DNA of 54,715 nucleotides, counting the filler, from Asterionella formosa (lineage: Eukaryota), in the NCBI GenBank assembly GCA_002256025.1. It is 5 parts of 5 records of this genome, joined end to end, with 100 filler letters (N's around TTAATTAATTAA, not from the genome) between each part and the next. Parts side by side here need not be neighbours in the genome. Positions count along the whole stretch, not along the records: positions 10,972 to 21,840 come from NKIB01009079.1; positions 21,941 to 32,800 come from NKIB01009083.1; 3 more parts are not named here. One strand, written 5' to 3'. Positions within the stretch are counted from its first letter, which is position 1. Each line of letters opens with the position of its first letter. Position numbers and translations under genes: made by a program. Under the pieces are notes generated by a model, which made no database searches, was not told the origin of the DNA, and saw nothing but the letters and a program-made list of their open reading frames with translations. Shown here in pieces: positions 12,873 to 25,530 of this stretch.

Positions 12873-14060
12873 ATGAGCAATGATCACGACTTTTCATATG
12901 AGAAGCAATTGCTTGTACCACTTCCGCCATATACAGCAGCAACGTGTGGAAGCTCAGCAAAAATGAAACAAGGTTGGAGAATCAAAGGTGGGAAAGTTGT
13001 CAAATCTGAATCATTTCCAGGCAGACCATGACAAGCTTTTGAAAATTAACTATTTCGGGTTTCCTACCACAATTTTCAGTAGGCGATTCTAGATGAGCCA
13101 TACATTGTTGGAGAAGATTCTCAATGATTTGCTTGCTTCGGATGCATACTTTCTCAGAAGGAGGCTGCAAAAATAACCTTGGCACTTCGCATGTTAGCTT
13201 ACACGCAATGTCAGCAGATCAGTTGGAAGATTTAGCAAGGATGGCAGAATCAATGACACTGAAAACCCGCAACACTTCGCTTTGCAACGCAATACCTGGG
13301 AAAGAGTATCTTAGAGCTGAAACCAAAGAGGGTTGAAATGATTTTAAGATTGCATAAAGCAAAGGGTTGGTCGGGCCTTCTTGGTCTATTGGAGGTGATG
13401 CATTGGCAGTGGAGAAAAATTGTCCCAATGCACACAGAGAGGGATTTCAAGGAAAATAAAGAGTGGCGACTATTGTTTTGGAATCTGCTGTTGATTACAG
13501 ACTTTGGTTCTGGCACGCATAGTTTGGAAAGACAGGTGCAAACAACAAGGATCTAAACAATGGATCGATTTTCGTTTTTCCAAGATATTTATGCTGGAAG
13601 GACTCCTGATCTAACGTTTACAATAAACAGTCAATAACAAAATCTAGTTTTTTTTGGTTGATGGAGTCTACTCAAATTGGCGAATAATTGCCTAGACAAT
13701 TTCAGAGCTACAAGGTGCAAAGCGGAATTTATTTCTCGATGTGTCAGGAGGCACAATGCAAGCACTTACTAGAGCGAGCATTTGGAGCTCTACAGGACAG
13801 ATGGAGATCCTTGTACTTTCATGTATTTTTGATTAGCGGGAGAATTGAACAGTGTAATCATTGCATGCATCATTTTGCACCACATGATCACAGAGGACGA
13901 GTCTCAATTTGAAAATAGAAGCAACTATCTATTTGACAATATTTAGGATGAAATTTTGGTAGACAATGTGAATCATGAAAATCCCCACAAAATCCTAGAT
14001 TTCAAGAATATTAGAATGAAAATTATGAGGGACGTTGAGATTCAAAACAAGGACAAATAG
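12873..14060 (+). pseudogene. PIF/Harbinger (HARBI1-like, plant-transposon type) transposase pseudogene
   Basis: EYLR; KGWSGLLG..MHWQWRK (cf. GFPGMLGSIDCMHWEWK); LVDGVY; ERAFGALQ.RW; frameshifted. Confidence 0.85.
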
Positions 14061-14179
14061 CATATAGAAATTTGATCCTATATTTATATTTTGAATCATG
14101 CAATACAACTTGCAATTCGTATACAAGTAAATGAAAGTAGCTATGTAATTGCACTAAAATCAAACTATTTTAAAATTCT

Positions 14180-15010
14180 AGTGTTAGTTTCTAGAATCGA
14201 AGCATCATCATCAGTAGATGGTGAACAAGAAGCTGGTTGAAATATCTATTTCAACTGATTTGCCTGACTCCCAAAAACCTGTTTTTGCTTTTGTGTGTGC
14301 TGGTTGTTTGGAACTCTCCTCCAGAGCCTGTTGAGACTTCATAGAAAACCACCCTTTGGCATGCTCTGAATCACTATTGTGAGAAAAATCTTGAACAAAA
14401 ACTTATCACATCACATCGCATCTTCGCCTTCTTTCTAGTATCTGCACATGTTTTTGTTCATAATCTAGCTGATCATGTGCATGTGGTACTGGCTTCTCGT
14501 TTTCTGCTGCTTTTATCCCCAGGGGATGCATTGCAGTAAATCATCATCGCCCCTTCCGCTTAATTTTCTGATCTTGAACAGAACCACAACCACCCTTCCA
14601 CTGTTGGACTTCATTCAGAATTCGCCAACACTCTTAGAACATGAACTTTCTATCCAGTTTACTTCCTTTTCCCTCTAATTTAAATTGTTCCACAGCATCT
14701 TCAAAGAAGTTAGTTGTCATTTGACCATCCTGAATAAGTAATGGATGTAGCCTGTGAATAGATATCGCAAAACTTTGCGACATCTTGATTGATGGTTCCC
14801 CATCAAGCAGTGCACACCATTGTAATTCTTTCATCCGGGATGAGCCCAACATCAATCTTGAACACCTGCCCCCAGAACAGCTTGATTGTCTTTTGACCAG
14901 TCCCAGTGATTGCGTGTTCACTAACTGCTACTCAGGATCTAGATAGGGTCTCATCCTCAGCCTTCTTCCAAGTGACACTGGAACCAATCCTGATTGTGAT
15001 TGTGACATTG
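14180..15010 (-). pseudogene. Probable second, convergent Harbinger ORF (Myb/SANT-like partner) remnant
   Basis: Lies inside the TIRs, convergent with the transposase as expected for PIF/Harbinger; only short decayed peptides are visible. Confidence 0.4.
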
Positions 15011-15661
15011 GCTTAGAGAGTTCTACATACATGAAGTGAGTACAGTGTATGTACTGTAATTTTTTTAGCCAGAATTAACACATAGATGATGTTGGTTGCC
15101 AGTGCAAGCCATAATCTAAAACAATAGAAATTCTTCTTTTATTTGGCTGCAGTCAGAGTCTAATCAACCATTTGGTTGATACAAGGGTCATTGTCAACCA
15201 AGACCAAAGAAAGTTTGGTCTTTGTCAATCCAGAGGGTAAAATATTTTTGCTTTTTGACCAACTTGACGCATGGTGGCATGTTATGACTCCCAACTTCCA
15301 TTGGTCTTGGTCAGTGTAGTGGAGATGCTCTACGGCTATGAATGAATCTGCACCTGATTGTGTACCATTGCACACAATTACAGGTATGTAGATTGATAGG
15401 CAAATTGCTGTTTTGTTGTTTCTAGAACCTATGTATGCATGCAGTTATGAGAGTTCAAGTGGATACAAGCAGGGGTCTCCAGTTGTAAATATGACTAGGG
15501 AGATTTGTCATAATATGTGTCAACTACAGCAATATAATTACTCTTGACAGTCCCTTCTGTGATAGCTTCTTGTTATTATTCAGATACTGAATTGGTCCAC
15601 TATGTTGACACAAAAATTGGACCCACATCTTTGTAGCAACGATGTATGAATGGCGCCACTC

Positions 15662-16177
15662 TCATGACTTTTCCAGAGCACCATACTTTGCTACAAACTC
15701 CATCATGGTGGTCAAAACAGTCTTGACCGGACCAGTTTTTGCCAGGGAAATTCGTTCTGTCATTTCTACTTGATAAGCCTCCAATCTTTCTTGCACAGTA
15801 TATTTGCCACAATAAATGGAACCCTCTTCAAGCGGAGCGTCCAAATCCAAAATAGGGTGTAGTACAAAGTCTTTATGTTCCATCAAATGTTGAATCATTT
15901 TGGCAGGATCGCTATACTCCGCCAAAAGTCGTTGTGTCAATTCTTGCATCTTCGCCTGACGGAGTGAAATTCGTGTCAAACTTCCGCCTCGCTGTAGAGG
16001 ATTGAATCCTTTCCATTCATCTGGTTGTTCTTGTAGTACTGTTCGACGAGGACGAGTGCTCATGGTGTCATCCATATGCCAATCACGACGAATAGTTGCA
16101 ACAAAACCAGCGACGACATGAAGCCGGAACAGTACGAACAATACTACAAGTGACAAATTTAATGGACACAACGCCAT
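15662..16177 (-). CDS. Uncharacterised protein, likely plastid-targeted
   Basis: Intact 171-aa ATG ORF; hydrophobic signal peptide ending VAG-F followed by an R/T-rich stretch, resembling the diatom ASAFAP bipartite presequence. Confidence 0.75.
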   Translation of the reverse strand: MALCPLNLSLVVLFVLFRLHVVAGFVATIRRDWHMDDTMSTRPRRTVLQEQPDEWKGFNPLQRGGSLTRISLRQAKMQELTQRLLAEYSDPAKMIQHLMEHKDFVLHPILDLDAPLEEGSIYCGKYTVQERLEAYQVEMTERISLAKTGPVKTVLTTMMEFVAKYGALEKS

Positions 16178-16904
16178 TACAAAATTTTGTGCAGGTAACG
16201 TTTATAATAAGGAGGAAATTCGAACCTTTGATGTTGCAACACAACAGTCGACAGGGGCATGTGATGTTGAAAATCGAAGACGAAGATCTAATTTGATTGT
16301 CGTTGTATGTAAAACCGGTGCCGGTACATACGAGGTTTTCGACAGGCAAAACATCCTAAACACAACTGAGCAGTCATGACACGTACTACCAGGTACCGAC
16401 CGTGTGGTACCTGATAACTGTACTGCTGACCCTGGTACCAGGACTACCGTTATACTAACTGCCAGTATGTTGGTTTTATGTAATACCTGGTACCTGGTAT
16501 TCTTTCTACACGTGTGGGTTAGATTACATTTCGGACCCAGCCACACAGGCGCACAGTGATGGCGGAAAAAGAAAGCCCACACGACTCCACGTATGCTCTA
16601 TGTAGTGCTGTTGTGTATACTGTACGTATTTGTAAAACTCACAAACTTGATTACATATGATGTTATGATACTTTGTACCTGGTACCAGGTACCTGGTACA
16701 AAAATATGGTGGTATCCGAACATCATGATCCGAGTCATCTCACAGAAACGAAGTAAATGTCCTCGTTCGTTATATATAACATACTCATACCGGGATATAC
16801 GAAACATTTTATTGTGAATGTGAACACAAAAATCGACTACATACATTGGAGTTGGTTGTCGTGAAAACTAATTTGCCAACTTCCACCAAACCGCAATCAG
16901 AGCC

Positions 16905-17777
16905 ATGTTACTCCCTCGCCAACTGACCTCTTCCTACCATCTCCTTAACTATGCCTGGCTGCTATTCTTCTTTGCGTACGTGTACCCGAAAGTCCTTCGC
17001 CAACAAGCGCTTCGTACACCGCTAGGTCAAGCTCGCATCTTGTCGCGCGGCTATACCGGCCTCTCACACGAAGAAGAGCTCATCGCAGCAACCCTACTAT
17101 TATTTTGTTCCAGATTAAAGAAATGGTTCATTTCTGGTCCCGATGAGATCCTTCATCGATTACTATGGCATGCCAAACTTCTTACTCTGCTTGCCACAGT
17201 TCTAACGGGAAACTACTTACTCGCGGTACTCATGGTTGGGTCGTATGGTATTTTGTGGAAACTAGTACTTCCACCAAGATATTCAGGGCCAACCAAGGTG
17301 ACAGTGCTGACACCCGAATCTTACTATCATACTGTCATGAATAATTTTGATCCAGACGTTTCATACTTGGTTTGCTTCTATGATCCACAGTCAGTGGATT
17401 GTCATTATTTGGAACCCATCTTTCATCAATTGAGTGTTTCCTTGGCAAATCAGGTTTGTTCATTGCAATTCAAATCCATGGACGTACGCGAACATGTTCA
17501 AATGAACGGCTTGTTGGACCGTGCCGGCCTTACTGTGGGACAACAAATGTTACAAACAAAACATACACCCACCATTGTATTGTATTATAGAGGAAAAGAA
17601 ATTACGAGATTACCGAAAAGTGACAAGAATGGGAAAGTCATTTTTACCAGAATGAATGCAGTTATTTTATGCAAGCACTTTGGTCTAAACGATTTCGTTG
17701 TTGGGGGGTCAAAATATAGGCAAGACTCGTCCCAGAAAAAACGAATCGGAACAGACGCAACCAAGAAACTCCGTTAA
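16905..17777 (+). CDS. TMX2: Thioredoxin-related transmembrane protein 2-like
   Basis: Intact 290-aa ORF; N-terminal TM segments, P.YSGP motif, SxxC (SVDC) in place of CxxC, PTIVLYYRGKEITRLP, basic C-terminus. Confidence 0.8.
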   Translation: MLLPRQLTSSYHLLNYAWLLFFFAYVYPKVLRQQALRTPLGQARILSRGYTGLSHEEELIAATLLLFCSRLKKWFISGPDEILHRLLWHAKLLTLLATVLTGNYLLAVLMVGSYGILWKLVLPPRYSGPTKVTVLTPESYYHTVMNNFDPDVSYLVCFYDPQSVDCHYLEPIFHQLSVSLANQVCSLQFKSMDVREHVQMNGLLDRAGLTVGQQMLQTKHTPTIVLYYRGKEITRLPKSDKNGKVIFTRMNAVILCKHFGLNDFVVGGSKYRQDSSQKKRIGTDATKKLR

Positions 17778-17944
17778 TGAATGTAGCCTTTTCTCTAGTC
17801 ACCTTTTCCCCTCGTTTTATGAATGTGCATCATCTGCCACTCCTAGAGTATAGTGCTGTAGTGACTGTTGATCGCAAAGAAATCGGAATATATTGGTAAT
17901 TTAGAATACACAGCAGAAACAACGGCTATCAGCTCACTCGATTT

Positions 17945-20815
17945 CTAGACGCAAGTGGCGCAGCAGCCACATGTTACAGTACACGATGGCTCAATCAGAG
18001 CACCCAAAGCACATAGTTCGCTTGGAATGCTACCAGTGATCTGATTTGCCGACAAGTAAAACTCCCCCAACGAGGACCAACCTCCAAAGAAAGGGGAAAC
18101 TTGTCCCGTGAGGAGATTGCCCACCACATTCAGAAAGGATAAACTCGTCATGGTGGCCATTTCGGTGGGAAGACTTCCTGACAATGCATTTCCTTGTATG
18201 CGACACTCTACCAAGTTTACCAATGAACCCATGGACGTAGGTATAGGACCACTTAATCCAATGTTACCGGTAGAACTGTCCTTTTGTCGTTGCACGCTCA
18301 ACACTTGGAGATTCACCAAATTACCAAGGTTATTGGGTAGCGACCCAGATAATATGTTATCTTTCAGATCAAGATATTGAAGCAATACCAAATTCGTGAT
18401 TTCTGGAGGTATATTCCCTTGAAGTTGGTTGGCGTTCAGGTCCAAATCAACAAGGTTTTGGAGTTGTCCAAGCGATGAAGGAATTTCCCCAGTCAACATG
18501 TTTCCTAATAACAGAAGTCGAGCTAACAAACAAGTAAACTGGGTAAGATATAGCAGGGAAGCGTACACAACCCTTTTCAGTTCTGTCTCTGATGTGCAAC
18601 TTACTCAGTCCAGTAACTGCACCGATTTCTGTTGGGATTGTTCCAGTAAATCTGTTAAGCGACAGGTCTAAACTCCCCAAATTAACCAAGGCCGCAATGG
18701 TACTTGGAATTTGGCCTGTCAACTGATTGTCCTGCAAAACAAGCGATTGCAGAGCGGTCAAGGAAGCAATGCTATTTGGAATCTGCCCAGTTAAAGCATT
18801 TTGTCCCAAAACCAAATCTGTCAAGGCAACTAACGAACCAATATTTGTTGGAACTTTACCGGTCAAAGAGTTTCCCTGCAGCCATAAAGTATCTAATCCT
18901 GTCAAGCCGGTAATCGCATCATTTATCGAGCTAGTCCAGTTACAACTCTGAAGGCGAAGATCCAACAAGTTAGTCATACCATAGATAAATGGTGGAATCT
19001 CAGAATCGGTGAAGTTGTTAACACCAAGGCGGAGGACGATAAGATCCAAATTGGCAAAGCTATCGGGGATAGAACCCGTAAACGTGTTAAAGTCACCCAT
19101 GACTCCAACTGGAAATGAAAACAGAATTGTTAGTTTCTCGCGCAATGACCACTGCTTTGCTCCAATTCAAAATATTACTCACGCAAATTGGTAAGGTTTC
19201 CAATGCTATTTGGAATCTGCCCCGTAAAGCCATTTGCCGTCAAAATCAAATATTGCAAGTTTGTGGCACCTGCAAACTCGGATGGGATCAATCCTGTCAA
19301 TTTGTTGTTCTCCACGTCGAAGTATGTCAAACCTGCCATGTCACCCACTTCCGTGGGAATGGTGCCTGAGAATGAATTGCTCATCAATATCAAAGTTGCC
19401 AAATTGGGTAAAAGACCAAATTGTGTCGGCAATTTACCATTCAAAGCATTTCGCAAAGCTGAGAAACGAACCAAGCTTTGAGCACTGGCAACGTTACTTG
19501 TAAGGCCACCACTAAATTGATTATTGTCCAAAATCAGATCTGTGAGATTGGGCATGATCCACAAAGCATCAGGAATGGTACCCGTCAACACATTAGCGGA
19601 AACATCCAGCAGCGACATGGACGATAAAGTCCCAAACTCAATCGCACTCAAACTTCCCGAAAAAGAATTCCTATCCAGAAGGAGCTTTTCAAGTTTCGTC
19701 ATTGTTGCCAACGAGGAAGGAATTGTTCCATTCATCAAATTGCTCGAAAATGCAAGCAATGTCATGGTGCTCAATAGGGCTAAATCGGGAGGAAACGAAC
19801 CGGTAAGAGCATTATCTATCAGCTGAAGTGATTGCACAGCAAGATCCGACCCGCTAGATGCCGGATAGCAAGTGACACCAAACCACTGACATTCATCATT
19901 ATTCAACCAGTTAGTATCATTCTTCCATGGCGTACTTGTGGTGAAGTACAAAGTTGCCAAAGAATAGCGTTGGTGAAGACGCAGTAAATTCTCGGGGCTG
20001 TCATCCATTGCGTCCAACACCAGAGGGTCGTCGTTGACAAGCCACTGCAAGGCCTTTCCTTCTGGAGTCGTAGGATCAGTCAATGCCGACGGATTGCTTG
20101 ACATTCCAGACAAATGATCCGTGAAAGAAACTAACCGATCCACAGTTGGTGCTGGAATCGTTGTTGTGGTTGTCGGTGCATTGGTTGGCGTAGGAGTTAC
20201 AGTTGCAGCTGTTGGTTTGGTCGGCGGAGAGCTACTAGATGTAGGCGCTGACACCGGACCCGCCGTACTAGGCATGGGCGATACCAGAGCTGTTGGAGGG
20301 GCACCTGATTGTGCGCTATTGGTCGAATTGCCACCAAAGGAGCCGGTTCCGTACCCAACACCCAAAACAACAGCAATAACAAGCAAGAGTCCTGCAATCA
20401 AAGCGACATAGAGCTTGTTCCGACTCGTCCTGCTTTCCTCGTCATACTCATACTCAATGATTTCATCGATTGTGTCCTTGTCAACAGCAGATTCTTCCCG
20501 GGGCTTGTTGCTGGGAATCCCCAGAGGCTGCTTTTCGAGATCAATATCACCTGCTTCTTCCCCTTCATCCCCCTCTTTGTCAATAACGTTCGACTTCTCA
20601 TCTTGTTCGGATGCCTCACTTTCAGAATCGCTTTCGGAAGAATCTTCATCGGAATCATCGCCGGAATCAGTACAGCAAGATTCCGAGGCACCACTGGGTG
20701 TGACACTCGTCTCAGTCGTATACACTGAATCTGCTGGAGGCGGGTGGGTTGGTGGAGGTGGTGGGAGAGACTCCTCGTCCTCCCCATTCACATCATGTTT
20801 GCTAAAGGAGAACAT
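17945..20815 (-). CDS. Type II membrane leucine-rich-repeat protein without kinase; exons 20815-19183, 19108-18605, 18522-17945
   Basis: Acidic N-terminus, one TM, P/T-rich stalk, ALQWL/QRYSLATLY/ECQWFGVTC cap, many 24-aa LxLxxNxLTGxIP repeats, Cys-rich end. GT-AG introns 19109-19182 and 18523-18604 link three ORFs. Confidence 0.92.
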
Positions 20816-21840
20816 CTCTGTCTGGTTTAACTTGACCTATAATAATTCGTGACCACAGATTGGTCTAAAATTGCGTTCCCCCGAATGAAATCCTTGGTAA
20901 TCTGTGCCGTGTGTAGGAATAATTCTCGGTTAGGCAGCAGCTCCTCCAAGGACAAATATTTTGTGAAGATAGGGCGCCAGCCAACCGCTATGTTTAGAGC
21001 ATACTATAACGCACTATCTACCAGTAAAGAAACCTTTCCGTCTACTTGCTTTACTTCTACATGAATTCACTGGACTACCAGTCGTACGAAAGAAAATGTT
21101 TCCATGAAAGCCGATACAATCAAAATTGATCGTGTGTATCTAATGTCCTATTATCCACATGGCTGGAGTGTTTTGAATAATTCGTGAACATCATCGGAGT
21201 ACACTGCCTACCAGGGGTTGCGCGTTTGTCGCCGAAATGTAATTTTCATCATTGCTCCCATTGGCAGTCAAATAAGTAGACGTATCAACGGCCAGCGCGG
21301 GCGGAGGGCGATCCAGTATATCCCGGTTGATTCCAGAATTTCTACATCATTGGATTCCTCATGTATAAAGAATAGCATCTCGTCACACGAGGAAGGAGTT
21401 CAAGGTACCACCTAAAAACTGAGAGTCATACAAACTTTCAGTTTTGTACTGATAGTCATAACAAAACGGGGTAATCACACGGTTTGAGACGAATATTTGT
21501 AATATTATAAATATATATTAGACAAAGTCCTTCCTGTGCATATAAGGAACAGCATTGTTCGTTCTTGAACACTGCAATCTCGTACCAGTTCTTTAGTTAT
21601 AGTACCGGTAGTAAATTCAATTCAACCAATCAGAATATGTGTATTGACGTAGAAACTTACCCTGGAGTAGGCCAAAATTGGCTGTCGACGTTTTTGGTCC
21701 AAATCAGTTTTACCCCATTGAGCCTGCATGACTTTTTCAACACATAGGAGAAGCTGAAGCTATATAAATAATTAGCTTGTTTCAAGACTTTTCCGCATCA
21801 TTACTATGGCATGTTTGCGCCATTGCAATTAAGTTGTGCG

Positions 21841-21940
21841 NNNNNNNNNNNNNNNNNNNNNNNNNNNNNNNNNNNNNNNNNNNNTTAATTAATTAANNNN
21901 NNNNNNNNNNNNNNNNNNNNNNNNNNNNNNNNNNNNNNNN
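21841..21940. other. Artificial contig linker
   Basis: N44-TTAATTAATTAA-N44. Confidence 0.98.
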
Positions 21941-22038
21941 CGACTTGAAGAGGAGGTATGCTCGAGGAAGTTTCCACGTAAGGAGCGGCCATTTACGGCG
22001 AAAGGAAGGAGGAGAAGGATGACTATCAAATGCTTCAT
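21941..22038 (-). CDS. 5' end of a secreted-protein gene truncated by the contig edge
   Basis: ATG at 22038 gives MKHLIVILLLLPFAVNG-RSLRGNFLEHTSSSS, a signal peptide followed by an RxL(RG) motif, open to the contig end. Not in the ORF track. Confidence 0.65.
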
Positions 22039-22423
22039 GTTGACTTACTAGGATGAACAATGTTCAACAAATGTCAAAAAGTTTGATTTCTATTTTCGTT
22101 TTGGAAGTGAAGTGAGGGAATTTTCCTTACACGCAGTCACTCCTCACCTTCGCACAGAGATGGTTGGTCATTCTACAAAATTGGCATCGTAGAAATCAAC
22201 GCGATCTGTCAGTCTTGACCCAAAAGGTGCGATGACTGGCGGTGGTGTTGACAATTTTGCTCAGGAACAAATTTTCGATATTCTCCTGCTCACATGCAAA
22301 CTTCTTCGCTGCGTCGAACCAGTCGTGCGCTTTCATAATTAGAAAAGCCCAAACTCCATTAGGTCGTCATAACAACAGCAGGGGCAGCAAAGCAAATAAA
22401 TTTCATCATACTTACCTATATGG

Positions 22424-22683
22424 ATTGAGGAGTCAGGAGTGCGTGAGAATATACATACGGAACCAGTCAAAAACCACTACATAGTGATCTTAAGCATTTT
22501 TTGACTGGTTACATATGTATGCATATATACTCACGCACTCCTCACTCCTCAATACAGACATATTTATAGTTTTTGTGAAATCTAATATGACCCCGTCATT
22601 TATGTATGAACTGCTTGGACCAGTATAACGGGGTCATCTTACATTTCGTCCTTAAAAAAACCAAAATGTGTATGTATTGAGGA
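22424..22683. repeat. Two overlapping inverted repeats (foldback/MITE-like)
   Basis: 22424-22472 is inverse to ~22499-22553; ~22546-22565 is inverse to ~22664-22683, with an inner ATGACCCCGT/ACGGGGTCAT pair. Confidence 0.7.
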
Positions 22684-22899
22684 ATGCAAGTTGCGGTCAT
22701 TGCGCTTGAACTAAAACTTTAGCTATTTTTATCCATATTAAATTGTTTATTTAAGCAAGCAGATCGCAACTTGCTGGAATATATATACATACATACAGAA
22801 CCATTCTTAGTACGGGTACGGATCGCTTGTCTGTACTCAATATGCCGTGACACAGCGATCCAGCGGAAATACTAAGTATAACTCCACAAGTGGACATGC

Positions 22900-23345
22900 T
22901 TTTTAATTGGCGGCTACACGAAAAAGATACTAGACTACAGAGTGAAATCTAAGGTCTTCAATGTGTGCAACAGGGCTATACAGTAAAAGAAACTAATCAA
23001 AAAACATGTTTGCCCCAAGAATCACGTAAATGGTAGTTCGAAGGCAATGGAACCAGATTCCGGTGTAGAAATGATGATTGATGCAGTCATGAAAAACAAT
23101 GTTATCTACTCTACAATCAACTGTGATGATGATTCTACTACTAGAGCGGTTTCTAAATGGTCCTATAAGGAGTTATTGAAACTACAGGCATCCTTCCAAT
23201 GGCCAAGAACATTGAAAAGAATTTAAAAAATAGGATAAAGGATGATGCCTTCCACATTGAAAAGAATTTATAAAATAGGATAAAGGATGATGCCTTCCAC
23301 TGACTGTAGTGCCTGAACTAAAAAATTCCATCTGACCCATCCCGC
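22900..23345 (+). pseudogene. Mutator-like transposase fragment
   Basis: HVCPKNHVNGSSKAMEPD followed by INCDDDSTTRA, matching the HxCxxN..GSSxxME and xDxDS motifs; stops and frameshifts. Confidence 0.7.
23210..23299. repeat. 45-bp tandem duplication
   Basis: CATTGAAAAGAATTTA(A/T)AAAATAGGATAAAGGATGATGCCTTCCA twice, one mismatch. Confidence 0.9.
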
Positions 23346-25530
23346 AGAATTTGGGTCCTTCTCCGCCCTGCTTTTCTGAAATCTTATGGCCTTTTATCTC
23401 TTGAGAGTTCTTCAAAAGCTGATTGTCTCCGTTTCAGAGTTTACTATGGCGCTTGGATTAAAAATCAGAACCTCTCTCTGAATTTATTGATTCCTCCAAG
23501 GCATCAATCAACCATTTATTTGGCTCCATCATCTTTGGATAGAGGCAGGTTGTGGGATAACGATTGTTGCTAGTAGGAAAATGATTGGAAGATTGTCCAT
23601 GCAAGCAAGCAAAGCAGTGATATCAGCATGCTGTTCAGCAGTTTATGCAACTACTATTAGCAGTATCACTAGCTAGCTAGTCATGTAATGTAAATATAGT
23701 TTTTTAAGATACAACAAAAAAATATTGGAATAGCATTTCAATTTTACTTTGCTCAGTCACAGAGATTATAGTTTATAGTTGCGAACAAAAAATGTGGTCA
23801 TTGATACAGAAATTATGTGATCAGACATACAAAATTTTTGTTAGTTGGCCCCAAAAATTATGTGGGTTTCTAAAATAATTATGGAAGTTGTCGAAACTAT
23901 TTTAGTTCACTCTTAACATATACCCGGTATATTCTGTGATGCATCTCATTTCATACGTGATGTCATACCCTTAAATTATGTACATACCCTAATTCATCAT
24001 ATGGGGCCGCCCAAATAATTAATTTGGGTGATCATATTTGACTAGCATTTTTATTACGGCTGCACCAATAATCGGCGTTTTAGATGCAGTAACCACTCTA
24101 AAAAATTTCGGAATTCTTTGGTAAGTTGTCATGAACTAATTCCAGACTGGTAACAATGTCTAGAGTTTCCTTTAATGTACCTTTTGCTTTCGCTTTGTAA
24201 GGGGGAGACTTCTTGATATCAAGCAAATTGGAAACAACATCTACTACACAAACCTGAAAATCATCATTTCCAACTATTTCGTTGTCAATAAACAGTGTAG
24301 ATGTAGACACAGATACCACACTACGTCAATGATCGTTACTTGGAATGACGGGAATGATTAATTCCATCATCTGGTCAGGAAAATATACTTCCCAATTTTG
24401 TTTGACGACACTTTTCAAATGTTGGCGGAAATTGTGCCAAAAAGCTTCCTCTGTATCGTTACCGGCACTAACAATATTGGTACATGTAAGGGAATCATTG
24501 GAAACTCCCTAATTAATGGTGCGTTTTCATATTTTATACATAATACATACCATCAGTACCTATGTAAGGAATGTAATACAAAAGAAATATACCACGTTAG
24601 TAAATATATGAAAATATTAGTTACAACATAGTATATGTCATAACTATAATTTCCAGCAAGTAAATTTCTTAAAACAATGAGGTAGTACAAACTTATAAAA
24701 GATATGATTGTCATTTCGAACCCACTCCTATTCATGATTCAGGTAAGGCTGCTATTTCCTGATTGATTCTGTTGAAGTGATGCAGCTAAATCCTGATTTG
24801 TGATGTCTGAGCATATAAAGGTTCTCTCCAATAGTCAATGAGAATGGAAGACTCATGATTAAGATCATAAGAAACAAACTGTACCGCCATTTGGTCCACC
24901 TTCAATCTGATCCACACCTCATCTTGAAGAAAAAAATATGAACTAATGTTCGCAGTGTTATGATCAAAATGATTTATCTTATTGATTTCGGATGGTAAGT
25001 GGGCATGACCTTCAATGGGTTGTTCTCTGATTCTGTCATATAAATTGACCAACAAAGCTTTTGGTTTCGTGTGACAAACATACAATCCGACTTCGCCAGC
25101 ATAATTCCCCTTCAGTATCGAAACAATATCATTCGTTACAAGACTAAGATCTTTGTATTCTTCATGGAAAGGTAGCTTGTGAGGGACTCAACGAGCGCAC
25201 ATGGCTTAGTAAATGAGAAGAAATTCGATTGACCAGATGCAAATGGCGAGAGGCGGAGAGAGGAGTGCCAGTACATGAAATGCATCAAAGCATGTAAAGT
25301 GATCAAATCGGAATGGCAACAAAGAATTGATGAACAAAAATCAGTATGTAATCATCTGGTAAAAGTTCTTACATATTTATCAGGTGATACGTGTAATCTC
25401 ATTACCTGAGACATAAATTCAATTGATTGAACACAAAAGGTTGTTGATATATCAAAACTATTTCCAATGTAACAACAAGTTTGCTTAATCAATAATTTTG
25501 GATATATATGTTCGTTTATTTGATCAAAAA

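Larger units (their letters stand above)
12654..15330 (+). mobile_element. PIF/Harbinger DNA transposon, decayed, both TIRs present
   Basis: TIR GAGCATCTCCAC at 12654-12665 and GTGGAGATGCTC at 15319-15330 enclose a Harbinger transposase remnant. A matching 3-bp TSD was not resolved. Confidence 0.85.

Noticed and set aside
17945..20815. LRR receptor kinase
   Set aside because: No kinase domain; the TM is N-terminal to the LRRs.
18108..20852. Plus-strand ORFs over the LRR gene
   Set aside because: Antisense shadows of a repetitive coding sequence.
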